The translations under genes and the position numbers were made by a program. Below, one piece after another: positions 19,240 to 28,108 of a stretch of DNA of 64,000 nucleotides. This stretch comes from an uncultured Verrucomicrobiota bacterium. GTDB lineage: Bacteria > Verrucomicrobiota > Kiritimatiellia > CAIKKV01 > CAITUY01. The stretch spans positions 22,582-86,581 of the forward strand of contig CAZTAJ010000002.1 of the NCBI GenBank assembly GCA_964611575.1. Direction: 5' to 3'. How positions within the stretch are numbered: the stretch's first letter is position 1; every line of letters starts with the position of its first letter. The notes beneath the pieces were generated by a model that worked only from the letters and a program-made list of their open reading frames with translations, did not search any database and was not told the DNA's origin.

Positions 19240-19653
19240 TCAGACTTTCTCGGGTGCGTGGGTCGTCCGTTTCTCGTCGTCCTTCTCCGGCAGGCGGAAC
19301 CCGTCGGACTCATCGGCATACCGCTTGATGCAGAAATGGCAGTCGGTGCACTTCCGTTCGTAACAGTTGCGGTGCACCCGCGCGGGGTACAGGCGGCGGA
19401 AGGCTTCGTAGCACTCATCGGAACAGAAGCAATGGCGCTCCTGGGTGGCGCCGAGCGCGATATGCACCAGGTGGAACCCGTCTTTCGCGGGATCGCACGT
19501 CTTCTCGCACCAGGCGCAGGGCTGCTCGACGTCTTGTTCCGGCGTCTCCGGCTTGAGATCGGGGATGATCTGCTTCTCCACGGCGAGTTCCAGGTCCTCG
19601 GACTTGTCCTCGCCCAGTCCCAGCAGGTCCTTGATTCTACCGATATCCAACAT
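19240..19653 (-). CDS. Small Cys-rich (10 Cys) hypothetical protein, putative metal-binding
   Basis: 137 aa with an acidic N-terminal half. Its C-terminal half has the motif CAWCEKTC...HCFCSDEC...CYERKCTDCHFC. It sits between the TolC-like and HlyD genes and overlaps TolC by 17 bp. Confidence 0.5.
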   Translation of the reverse strand: MLDIGRIKDLLGLGEDKSEDLELAVEKQIIPDLKPETPEQDVEQPCAWCEKTCDPAKDGFHLVHIALGATQERHCFCSDECYEAFRRLYPARVHRNCYERKCTDCHFCIKRYADESDGFRLPEKDDEKRTTHAPEKV

Positions 19654-21169
19654 GGTCGTCTCCCAGGGGCGGCACGCCCGCCGCCCGGCTGTCGTCAGGG
19701 TTGTAGCCGGCAGCGTACAGGAAATCCGAATGTCCCCGCAACAGCGCCGCCACGATGGCGTTGCGGGTCCGGTAGGTCTTGGTCAGGTCGTTCTGGGCGT
19801 CGAGCACGTTGCGGCTGCGCCCGTCCCCGAGCCGGAACCGCTCGGCCTCGGCCTCGAGCGACCGGCGGGCCTGCTCGACGGCCGTGGTGATTTCCTCGAA
19901 CCGCTGGCGGGCGCCGGTGAAAGCGCGGTGCGCGGCGGCCAGGTCGGCGGCCAGCCGGTTGTTCAAATCGCGGCGGAGTTCGGCCAGTTCCGTTTCGCGG
20001 GCGCGCGCCTCGCGGAGCCGGGCGCGGGGGCCCGTCTGATGCCAGGGACGCGTCCAGACCAGCACGGCGGCGGCCGACGCTTCATCGCCACCCTCGATCA
20101 ACACCCCGTCGCCGGGCGGCGTCGCCGCATCCTCGGCCTGCCAGACGCCGCGCACGGCCAGCGCCAGGTCGGGGCGCAGCCGGTCGTCGAACGTGCGGGT
20201 CCCGGCGGCGGCGGCCTGCGCCAGGGCGTCCAACTCGCGGGCGGCCCCGCGGGCGCTGACGGCGCGATCGGCCGCCGGCGCGGCGGGCAGTTGTGCCGCC
20301 GCGGCGCGTTCGATAAGGATGCCGGCGTTCGTGGTCAGGACGGCGGGCGGCACGCCGCCCAGCACCTGCACCAGGCGCAGCCGGGCCGTGTCGGTCGCCT
20401 GGGCGGCGGTACGCGCCTCCTCGCGGCGGAGCGCCACTTCCAGCCGCGCCGGCGCCAGTTGGTACTCGGGCACCACCTTGAGCCGCACGAGTTCCTCCGC
20501 TTCCTTGAGCAGTTGCTGGGCGCGGTCGGTGGCGGAGGCCGAAGTCGCGTCGTTCGCGATGGCCTCCAGATAGTCAATGTACGATTGTTCGACGGCATGC
20601 CGGACGGCCTGGCGCGCCTCGAGCAGGCGGGCGGCGGCGGCCTCCCGCAGTCCCGTCAGGCGGGCGCGGTCCTGCTTCCAGAGACTGAACCCGCGGTCCT
20701 GGAGCAGCGGGATCCGGAGCTGTGCGCCGACCAGGGTGCGATACACGTGGTCCAGGTCGCCGGGCGGATTGATCAGGAATTGCTCAGAGGCGCCCACCCC
20801 GGCGTAGACGCCCGGACGGATCGGGACCTCGACTGCCGCCGAGGCGCCGTAGGCATCGGCCGACGGCAGTCCCGCCGGGGCCGCCAGCAGCGGGGGGGCG
20901 GCATCGCCGGCCGTGCGGCCCGCGGCCGCCGCCGTGCCCGGGTCCAGGAATTCGTCGACCGCGTCCCGCGCCGCGACCGCCTGGCCAACGCCTTCCCGTG
21001 CCGCCTGCAGTACGGGACTGTTGCTGAAGGCCAGGGTGATGAGGGCGTCCAGTTCGTCCGCGCGGCCGGCAGTGGATGCGGCGATCGCCAGGCACACGGC
21101 GACTGCAGCGGCATGACGGTGGACGCCATGCCGGATCACATGCCGATCCCGCCCCCGAAATGAGTTCAT
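19637..21169 (-). CDS. TolC-family outer membrane efflux protein
   Basis: 510 aa with a signal peptide and two TolC-type repeats of alternating beta-strand and coiled-coil segments. It is the first gene of the efflux operon. Confidence 0.8.
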   Translation of the reverse strand: MNSFRGRDRHVIRHGVHRHAAAVAVCLAIAASTAGRADELDALITLAFSNSPVLQAAREGVGQAVAARDAVDEFLDPGTAAAAGRTAGDAAPPLLAAPAGLPSADAYGASAAVEVPIRPGVYAGVGASEQFLINPPGDLDHVYRTLVGAQLRIPLLQDRGFSLWKQDRARLTGLREAAAARLLEARQAVRHAVEQSYIDYLEAIANDATSASATDRAQQLLKEAEELVRLKVVPEYQLAPARLEVALRREEARTAAQATDTARLRLVQVLGGVPPAVLTTNAGILIERAAAAQLPAAPAADRAVSARGAARELDALAQAAAAGTRTFDDRLRPDLALAVRGVWQAEDAATPPGDGVLIEGGDEASAAAVLVWTRPWHQTGPRARLREARARETELAELRRDLNNRLAADLAAAHRAFTGARQRFEEITTAVEQARRSLEAEAERFRLGDGRSRNVLDAQNDLTKTYRTRNAIVAALLRGHSDFLYAAGYNPDDSRAAGVPPLGDDHVGYR

Positions 21170-21206
21170 CTGCGCGACCTTGGCATCCCTGGGGGACGCC
21201 GTGACT

Positions 21207-21497
21207 TCACTTCACCGGCCAGACCGAGGGATCGGCTTTGTAGAAGGAGAATTCCATGAACTGCAGGACCAGCAGGGCGATGATGCAGAAGGTGGCGACG
21301 AGGCCGAGGATGGCGAAGACCGTGTAGCGTTTCGCCGACACACCACCAGCCGCTGCCACCGCTTCCGGTTCAGCGGCCGACGGCTCCGTTGTGAGGCCGG
21401 GCGGCGCGTCGGGCGTTGCGTCCGCCGGCGTCGCTTCCGCTTCCGGCCGCTTCTTTCTGATCGTCAGCATGATTCGTCTCCGTAAAGATGCAAGCAA
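21207..21497 (-). CDS. Small single-pass membrane protein (hypothetical)
   Basis: 96 aa with a hydrophobic segment YTVFAILGLVATFCIIALLVLQF. It sits directly upstream of and co-oriented with the TolC-like gene. Confidence 0.35.
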   Translation of the reverse strand: MLASLRRRIMLTIRKKRPEAEATPADATPDAPPGLTTEPSAAEPEAVAAAGGVSAKRYTVFAILGLVATFCIIALLVLQFMEFSFYKADPSVWPVK

Positions 21498-21948
21498 GGC
21501 TAGAACACCCCCCGTCCCCGCTCAAGCTCTTTCTTGCCCGATCTCCCGGCCGGGCGCATCTGCGAGTCGTTGTAGGCACGCCGCTCTGCGGCGTGTCTTC
21601 GCGTCGCGCAGCGACGCGTCTACAACAGATGCACCGAATTGCAGATGCGCCCTCCCGGCCTGCGGTCCTTCTTTACCCCCTGGAGGGGCAAGCTTGCGAG
21701 CCCGCTTTTCGCCCTGACGTCGAGTCAGCGCAGACTCAAAACCCGCACATCGTACACCTCCGTCTGCTGCGCCGAAATCGCAATAATCCTGTTAATCCTC
21801 AAATCGGTTCCCGGGGTGGTACCCACAGAGGATCCTTCACGTTGAGCCCCTGGCCCTGTGCGAGTTTTTCGTTGCATTCGGGCTGGGGGGCGGGGATAAT
21901 AGAACATAACCGGTTACGAGAGGGAACACTGAGCTTGGAGGGGATGCC

Positions 21949-24204
21949 ATGCAGAAGTCTATGGTTCTTGTGTGTGTTCTGGCGGTGATGGTGTGGCTGT
22001 GCCCGGGCGTGAGTCCGGCGGCGATCCGCATCTGGGACGGCGGGGCCGTGACCAACCTGGCCAGCAACCCGACCAACTGGGACGGGGATGCCTCGGCGCC
22101 CATCGCAGGCGATGACATCGTGCTGAATTCCACGTCCAGTCGCGATTTGCTCTGGAACCTGACGAACGTTGCGTCCATCGGGTCGTGGCTCCAGACGGTG
22201 GACTACACCGGCACGGTGACCGTCTATACGGTCTATCCCGGTGTTGCCGCCTACACCAACCTCCTCATCACCGGCAATGTGGCCATCAGTAATGGCATGT
22301 GGACCCATCAGCCGAATCCTTCCGGCGCGACGGAGGTCAACCGGCTGTGTGTGTCGATCAACGGCAACCTGACTCTGCAGGCGCCCGGCAGAATTGACGT
22401 GACTGGCCGGGGATACGCCACCGGAGTCGGGCCAGGTTCTGCCGGCTTGGCACCCCCCCGTCAGGCCGCGAGCTATGGCGGAGAGGGTGGCATCAACGCT
22501 ACCTTCGCCTACACCAACCAGACCTTGCCGTGCCCGACATATGGATCGATCAAAGCCCCCATCCGGCTGGGTAGTGGATCGGCGGAGGGGCCCGGCGGTG
22601 GCGCGGTGTACATCACGGTGGCCGGCCAAACGACGCACAACGGGACCATCGTGGCCAGGGGCGGCCCCGGTGGCCAAGGCGGCGGTCCGTCGGGCGGTTC
22701 GATCTATCTGGTGACGGACACGCTCGTCGGCAGCGGTACGAACGACGCGTCGGGCGGGGCAACCATCAACCGCGGCGGCGGCGGCGGCGGGCGCGTGGCC
22801 GTGGTACTGAAGTCCGGCAACTTGTTTGATGCCGTAACGTCGGTCGCCACGGGAACAGTAAGCGGGCAGGGCACCTATGGGGCAGGGGGAACGGTTTATC
22901 TGGAGAAACAGAACCAGGCCGGTGCCGGAACGCTCATCATCAATGGAGGGGGCATCTTGCCGCAGGACTCGAGTAGTATCACCCTTATGCCGGCTGACAA
23001 TCCCGTGAACTTGAACACGGATTTCAGCGAAATCATCCTGACGAACCGTGCCAATCTTGGGGTCAACACGAATACGACGTTGAACCTGGGGGACCTCAGC
23101 AAGTTTAAGTTGTACGGCGCCAGCCAATCCTCGATCACCCTGCGCGGGACGAACCTGGTGACGATTCCCAGTCCGTTGGTCGTTAGCAACTACACGCTCG
23201 TCGTTGAACGGCCGATGACTTTGAATGGCGACGTCCTGATCGCCACCAACAGCGCGCTGTCCCACACGAGAGATTTCGAGATACAGAGATACGGGATCAA
23301 CTTGACCATCAACGGCAACCTGACCGTGGCGCTCGGTGGCGCTATCTCCGCGGATTATTGCGGCTATTGGTTGGGGCAAGGACCAGGCAAGGGGATAGGG
23401 AACGTGCCGCAGCGCGTTGACCGGGGAGGGTCCTACGGAGGCGAAAGCGGTTCCCGCAGTTGGGGCACGACCAATACTTGCATCACCTATGGCTCCGCAC
23501 TGGCACCCACCAATCTCGGAAGTGGCGGTACGGCAAACTCGGGTGGCGGCGCGGTGAGACTGGTCGTCACCGGTGAAACGAAACTGGACGGTCGCATCTC
23601 GGCCAATGGCAACGGGACCGCCTCATCCGGCTCCGGCGGGTCGATCTATCTGACCACCTCCAATCTGACCGGCAGCGGGAAGATGGATGCATCGGGTGCG
23701 CCAGGGACAACATTGTCCAACGGGGGCGGGGGCGGGGGCCGCGTCGCCGTGATCCTGACGTCCGGCGATACCTTTGGGACGGTCAGCATGACGGCGACGG
23801 GAGGCGTCGCGGGCGCCAGTTCCGGGGCGGCGGGCACCGTGTACAAACAGACCGCCACCCAAGGCGCGGGGAAAGGGATCCTTGTCGTAGATAACGCGGC
23901 CGTCCCCTGGCCGACCGTACAGACCAACGTCACATGCGTACCGGCGCGCACGAACAGCAGCGCGACGGAACTGCTCAATGTGACGCTGATCGTCACCAAT
24001 ACCGCGATGGTCCAACTCACGACCAATATCGGTTTGGATAATCTGTATGTGGGTTCCGCGACGTCGCGCCTGGATTTGGCCTACTTCACCATAACGATCC
24101 CCCGGGCGCAGCATTCGCTGGGGCTGGGCTCCAACTCCGTGATCAACTACGGCAGCATCATATGGGTCCCCCCCATGCGCGGCTCCGTTCTTTACGTGCG
24201 CTAG
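21949..24204 (+). CDS. Secreted beta-helix/Gly-rich repeat protein with internal duplication
   Basis: 751 aa with signal peptide MQKSMVLVCVLAVMVWLCPGVSPAA. It has two homologous roughly 100-aa blocks (...GGSIYL(V/T)T..L.GSG..DASG....NGGGGGGRVAV(V/I)L.SG..F..V...ATG.V.G...G.AGTVY...), which are parallel beta-helix-like. The antisense ORF at 21799-23379 was rejected. Confidence 0.65.
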   Translation: MQKSMVLVCVLAVMVWLCPGVSPAAIRIWDGGAVTNLASNPTNWDGDASAPIAGDDIVLNSTSSRDLLWNLTNVASIGSWLQTVDYTGTVTVYTVYPGVAAYTNLLITGNVAISNGMWTHQPNPSGATEVNRLCVSINGNLTLQAPGRIDVTGRGYATGVGPGSAGLAPPRQAASYGGEGGINATFAYTNQTLPCPTYGSIKAPIRLGSGSAEGPGGGAVYITVAGQTTHNGTIVARGGPGGQGGGPSGGSIYLVTDTLVGSGTNDASGGATINRGGGGGGRVAVVLKSGNLFDAVTSVATGTVSGQGTYGAGGTVYLEKQNQAGAGTLIINGGGILPQDSSSITLMPADNPVNLNTDFSEIILTNRANLGVNTNTTLNLGDLSKFKLYGASQSSITLRGTNLVTIPSPLVVSNYTLVVERPMTLNGDVLIATNSALSHTRDFEIQRYGINLTINGNLTVALGGAISADYCGYWLGQGPGKGIGNVPQRVDRGGSYGGESGSRSWGTTNTCITYGSALAPTNLGSGGTANSGGGAVRLVVTGETKLDGRISANGNGTASSGSGGSIYLTTSNLTGSGKMDASGAPGTTLSNGGGGGGRVAVILTSGDTFGTVSMTATGGVAGASSGAAGTVYKQTATQGAGKGILVVDNAAVPWPTVQTNVTCVPARTNSSATELLNVTLIVTNTAMVQLTTNIGLDNLYVGSATSRLDLAYFTITIPRAQHSLGLGSNSVINYGSIIWVPPMRGSVLYVR

Positions 24205-24234
24205 GAGTCGGTCGGGCTTGACATGCGCGAGGGT

Positions 24235-24347
24235 CAAACCGGCGGAGGACCGCCGGCTCCAGGCGGATTGCGAACTTTGGAACAAACCGGCGGAGGACCG
24301 CCGGCTCCAGGGGGATTGCGAATTTTGGAGCCGGCCGTCCCGGCCGG
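24235..24347. repeat. Tandem 48-bp repeat x2, each containing a CCGGCGG-AGGA-CCGCCGG hairpin, followed by a CCGGCCG..CGGCCGG palindrome; probable terminator/REP-like element
   Basis: Units at 24235-24282 and 24283-24330 differ at 3 positions. They are intergenic between the co-oriented genes 21949-24204 and 24496-25758. Confidence 0.6.
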
Positions 24348-24495
24348 TGGAGGTTGCGGGGGCTCCATGAGATCGCGGATGGCCGCGAAGACGGCGCGGA
24401 AACTGGCATCGTACTTGTTTTCGAGAACCGCGACCTTGCGGGCGAGGCCTTCGCGGCATTTCAGGTTGATTTGAGGGCCTGCGCCGCGTATTCCT

Positions 24496-25758
24496 TTGCG
24501 CCCTATGGGCGTGTTTCAGTCAGATCCCGTGTTCCGGCGGCGCTTGGGGCGGCTACTGGTCACGGAGTTCGTGTGGGGGGTGGGAACCTTCTTCGTGCTC
24601 CCGGCCACCACGGTGCCGGCGTTCCTGACCGCGCGCGGCGCTTCGCCGATGGCGGTGGGCCTGATGGCCGTGGCCATGGGCGCCCTGCCGCTGTTATGCC
24701 AGTTCTTCGGACGGAGCGTGCTGGACCGATTCCGTGACCGGCGCCTCGGGGTGATCTGCCTGCACGTCCCCGTGGTCCTGCCCTACGCTCTGGTGGCGGC
24801 GGCTGACGTCCTGCTGCCCGGATACCCGCTGGCGGTAGCGGGCCTGTGCATCGGCCTGCTCGGGGTGTCGCAAATCGCACTGGGGATCGTGACGCCGGTG
24901 TGGCTCGACATGATCAGCCGGCTCATTCCCCTGGAGTGGCGGGGGCGTTACTTCGGGTTCTCCTCCGGCGCGTTTGCGCTGGGCGGCATTGTCGGGAGTT
25001 CCGCGCTGTACGGTCTTGAACGCATGGCAGGCGCGTTTGTGTTCCCGGCCGCCTTCGCGATCGCCACCGCGTGTTTCCTGGTGTCCATGAGCGTGTTTGC
25101 CACCGTGCCGGTGCCGGCGTCGATGTTTCAGCACCCGGCTGAGGGGCCTCTGTCGGCGCGCGTGCGGAATGCGGTGCGGGCGTGCGGTTGGCGAACGAAT
25201 TTCGGCCGGCTGATCGGGAGTTATGCCGGCGTGCTGATGGCGGCGGCTGTGGCGCCGTTCATTGTGGTGTACGCCATGGACGCCACGCATGGCCTCGGGT
25301 ATCCGTCCAACGTCTTTGCGCGCCTGACGGTGCTGCAAGCCGTCGGCGGGGCGGTGGGCGCCGTGGCCCTGGGCTGGATGGTGGACCACCACGGGCCGCG
25401 CTGGCCCTGGGTGTTCGCGACGCTGGTGGTTCCGCTGGTGGTCGTCTTGCTGCCCCACGGCGGATACTGGCCGGTGCTGGCCCTGTGCGCCGCGCTGGGG
25501 GGCGTGTTGAGTACGCATTGGTCGGTCAGTGCGCCCGCGCTGCTCGAGTTCTCGCCGGCGGGCGACAAGAGCGCGTATGTGGCGGTGGCCAACCTGGTGG
25601 CGTTCGTGCCGGCGTCGCTCGGGCCGCTGGTATACGGCGGGTTGATCCAGAGGGTGGGTTTCGAGCCGGCCTTCTGGGTGGCGGGCGCAATCGGCCTGGC
25701 CGCCGCTGTGCCGGCGTTGATGCTTCGGCGACGCGAGTCCTCCGCGCCGGTGGATTAA
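24496..25758 (+). CDS. MFS transporter
   Basis: 420 aa with about 12 predicted TM helices. It is typical MFS architecture with no substrate-specific motif recognised. Confidence 0.85.
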   Translation: MRPMGVFQSDPVFRRRLGRLLVTEFVWGVGTFFVLPATTVPAFLTARGASPMAVGLMAVAMGALPLLCQFFGRSVLDRFRDRRLGVICLHVPVVLPYALVAAADVLLPGYPLAVAGLCIGLLGVSQIALGIVTPVWLDMISRLIPLEWRGRYFGFSSGAFALGGIVGSSALYGLERMAGAFVFPAAFAIATACFLVSMSVFATVPVPASMFQHPAEGPLSARVRNAVRACGWRTNFGRLIGSYAGVLMAAAVAPFIVVYAMDATHGLGYPSNVFARLTVLQAVGGAVGAVALGWMVDHHGPRWPWVFATLVVPLVVVLLPHGGYWPVLALCAALGGVLSTHWSVSAPALLEFSPAGDKSAYVAVANLVAFVPASLGPLVYGGLIQRVGFEPAFWVAGAIGLAAAVPALMLRRRESSAPVD

Positions 25759-26051
25759 CGGGGTGCGGGGGTAAGCCACTGCTTCGTCTGGCCTCTCTTC
25801 AAGGTCGCAAATTGCGACCTTGAATGTTGGGCTTCTGCAGGGGTGAGTTGAAAAACGAAGTCTTCCGGGAATCTCTTAATATTGCGGCGGACCTGCTCGT
25901 TGAGTCGCTTGACGGTGACGCCGTAGAGGGCGGCGAGGTCGGAATCGAGAATGACGGCCTGTCCGCGAAGGCGGACAATGGCGTCCTGGGGCGTGAGGCC
26001 GAGAGGCCCGTCGATGCGCGTGCCCTGAGTTTCCGCTTTGCCTGTGAGCAT
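25755..26051 (-). CDS. ORF6N (KilA-N-like) domain protein, probably truncated
   Basis: 98 aa. The motif VILDSDLAALYGVTVKRLNEQVRRNIKRFPEDFVFQLT matches the conserved core of ORF6N/antirepressor-type domains. It ends abruptly where family members usually continue and abuts the MFS gene stop. Confidence 0.5.
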   Translation of the reverse strand: MLTGKAETQGTRIDGPLGLTPQDAIVRLRGQAVILDSDLAALYGVTVKRLNEQVRRNIKRFPEDFVFQLTPAEAQHSRSQFATLKRGQTKQWLTPAPR

Positions 26052-26105
26052 GCTGAATCATAGCCGATCAAGACTACATATGTCTATATAGACACGCATT
26101 ATGTG

Positions 26106-27044
26106 TTAACCGGTGGCATTCGCATCCGGGCAGGCGCGCCGGGCGTTGGCTTGCCAGCGTGCCAGTCCCTTGGCGGTTTCAGGAATGTACCCGAACAGCG
26201 GATGCACGACGTTCCGATACGTTGATTCATCCATCGTCGCCAGCGCCGCCGGCGTGAGCCGGTCGGCCGCCGCCTCCAGCCACGGGGCTTCCTCCTGCTC
26301 TCGCCATTTCCCGGCATTGAGCGGGCAGGCGTCCTGGCAGGTGTCGCATCCATAGATCCAGCCGCCCATTTGCGCCCGCAACTCCGGCGCCGCCGGCTCC
26401 GGCCCGCCGTATGTCAGATACGCCACGCAGCGGTCCATGCGCATCACATACGGTTCGACGATAGCCCCGGTCGGACAGGCATCCAGGCAGGCGCGGCAAT
26501 CGGGTGGACAGAGCGGTTCCGGATCGGGTGCATCGGGCGGGAGTTCGGCGTCGACCCGCCAGGCTTCGATGTTGATCCAGGAACCGTGCTCGCGGGTGTA
26601 GGCGAAACTGTTGCGGCCGATGCGGACGAGACCGCATCGCGCCGCCGCCGCGCGGCAGGGCACCCCGCCCATTTTCGCGCGAATTCCCAGAGCCACCAGG
26701 CCTTCCTTCATCCGCTTCGGCATTACGGCGTCGGGACAGGCGGGGATGCGTCGGTCGGCCAGGTAATTTCGGCCGATATGTCCGGCCAGTCCTGGTGGCA
26801 GGCGGTACTTCCCGTAAGCGCGTACGGCCACGATCACGGAGCGCGCCCAGGGCGCCGACCCGCGCGGATCGACCCGCACCCGCATGGCGGCGTAGAGGGC
26901 CGCCGCCTCGGGGAATTGACGCTGCCGCTCCTCGATCGCATGCCGGTAATCCTCGAACGGCTCGGCCGTGGTGAACCGGCAGTCGGCATAGCCGCAGGTA
27001 CGCGCAAGGTCACGGATCTGGGAGGCAAGGCTCATGGTGACCAC
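26106..27044 (-). CDS. queG: Epoxyqueuosine reductase QueG
   Basis: 312 aa with two 4Fe-4S ferredoxin motifs (CPPDCRACLDACPTGAI and CDTCQDACPLN) in the QueG-specific context. Confidence 0.85.
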   Translation of the reverse strand: MVTMSLASQIRDLARTCGYADCRFTTAEPFEDYRHAIEERQRQFPEAAALYAAMRVRVDPRGSAPWARSVIVAVRAYGKYRLPPGLAGHIGRNYLADRRIPACPDAVMPKRMKEGLVALGIRAKMGGVPCRAAAARCGLVRIGRNSFAYTREHGSWINIEAWRVDAELPPDAPDPEPLCPPDCRACLDACPTGAIVEPYVMRMDRCVAYLTYGGPEPAAPELRAQMGGWIYGCDTCQDACPLNAGKWREQEEAPWLEAAADRLTPAALATMDESTYRNVVHPLFGYIPETAKGLARWQANARRACPDANATG

Positions 27045-27402
27045 TCAGGAGACAGAATTCAGGAGTCAGGATCCAGAATGGAATGCAGATAGGTTTCCTG
27101 GATCTTGTTGCTCTGTTCGTTCATGCATTCTCAAAGGCATCTTCATTCTGACTTCCAATAGCATCCCATGGAATAGTGGAGTGATGGAGTATTGGGGCAA
27201 ACAGGCCAAGCAGAATCGGCTGACCTGCGAAGCATGGATATCGGAAATCCCTTGTTCCGCGTAAGGGTGAACAGAATGTGTAAGTCACAGTCTGGCAACA
27301 CCTCAATACTCCCATACTCCACTACTCCGCGTTCCCGTGGGACGCCACTGTCTGACTTCTGGATTCTGTCTTCTGACTTCACTGGCGTGCCTGTGGCACG
27401 CC

Positions 27403-27951
27403 CTATTCCCGGAACACCCGTTCGACCCAGTACATGGCGTTTTCCAGGATCGGTTTCTCGCGCTCGATGCGGTCCCGGATGCCGCCCAGCAGGGCGAGAT
27501 ACTTGTGGAGCACCTGGCCGATATTCTCGCCCATCTCGTTTCCGGTGAAGAGCTCGGGATGCCGCTCGCCGAAATCGAGCGTGGGCTGGACGGAGTCCGT
27601 GTCAGGGGCGAATCCGAGACGATGACCGCTCAGCAGCAGGCGGTCCGCCTGCGGTTCCTCGACGCCGAGGCTGGTGCAGTCGTCCAGGTACCAGGTGGGC
27701 GATGACGTCAGCGAGTCGACGTGCAGCAGGCAGAGCAGTTTCTTTTCCGCCTCGAACAGATCGCGGATCGCCTCCAGCGGCACATGGAAGGCCCGCAACG
27801 AAATCACTTTTTCGAGGAACAGGGCGTAACTCTGGGGATAGGCGTCGTTCGCTCCCGGGATATGGAGGTGGAGCTGCTTCTGGATATGGCGGACCACGAC
27901 GGCGTCCTTGCCGACCATCTGGCACAGTTCGCCGAACTTCAAACCGTTCAT
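27403..27951 (-). CDS. Hypothetical protein (possible HTH regulator)
   Basis: The ORF 27403-28122 is trimmed to the internal Met (MNGLKFGELCQMVGKDAVVVRHIQKQL...) to avoid a large overlap with metH. No recognised catalytic motif. Confidence 0.4.
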   Translation of the reverse strand: MNGLKFGELCQMVGKDAVVVRHIQKQLHLHIPGANDAYPQSYALFLEKVISLRAFHVPLEAIRDLFEAEKKLLCLLHVDSLTSSPTWYLDDCTSLGVEEPQADRLLLSGHRLGFAPDTDSVQPTLDFGERHPELFTGNEMGENIGQVLHKYLALLGGIRDRIEREKPILENAMYWVERVFRE

Positions 27952-28108
27952 GGCCGCAGTATGTCCCGCCGCGAGGCGCGAGGCAAGCGGCGAGGGAGGA
28001 CGGAAGGTGGGAGGTGGGAGGGAGGCGGATGGCCGACTCGGTCCGCTTGACACGGCGGGAGAGGCTGAGACACAATCTTCACGCCGGAAGGGCGAAGGAA
28101 TCGAGACC

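Noticed and set aside
21799-23379. 526-aa minus-strand ORF overlapping the beta-helix protein gene
   Set aside because: It has no signal peptide or motif. The plus-strand product has a clean signal peptide and structured internal repeats.
27908-28108. Cobalamin riboswitch or leader upstream of metH
   Set aside because: The region is occupied by the 5' end of a minus-strand ORF. No B12-box-like conserved motif was recognisable by eye. B12 riboswitches usually control metE rather than metH.
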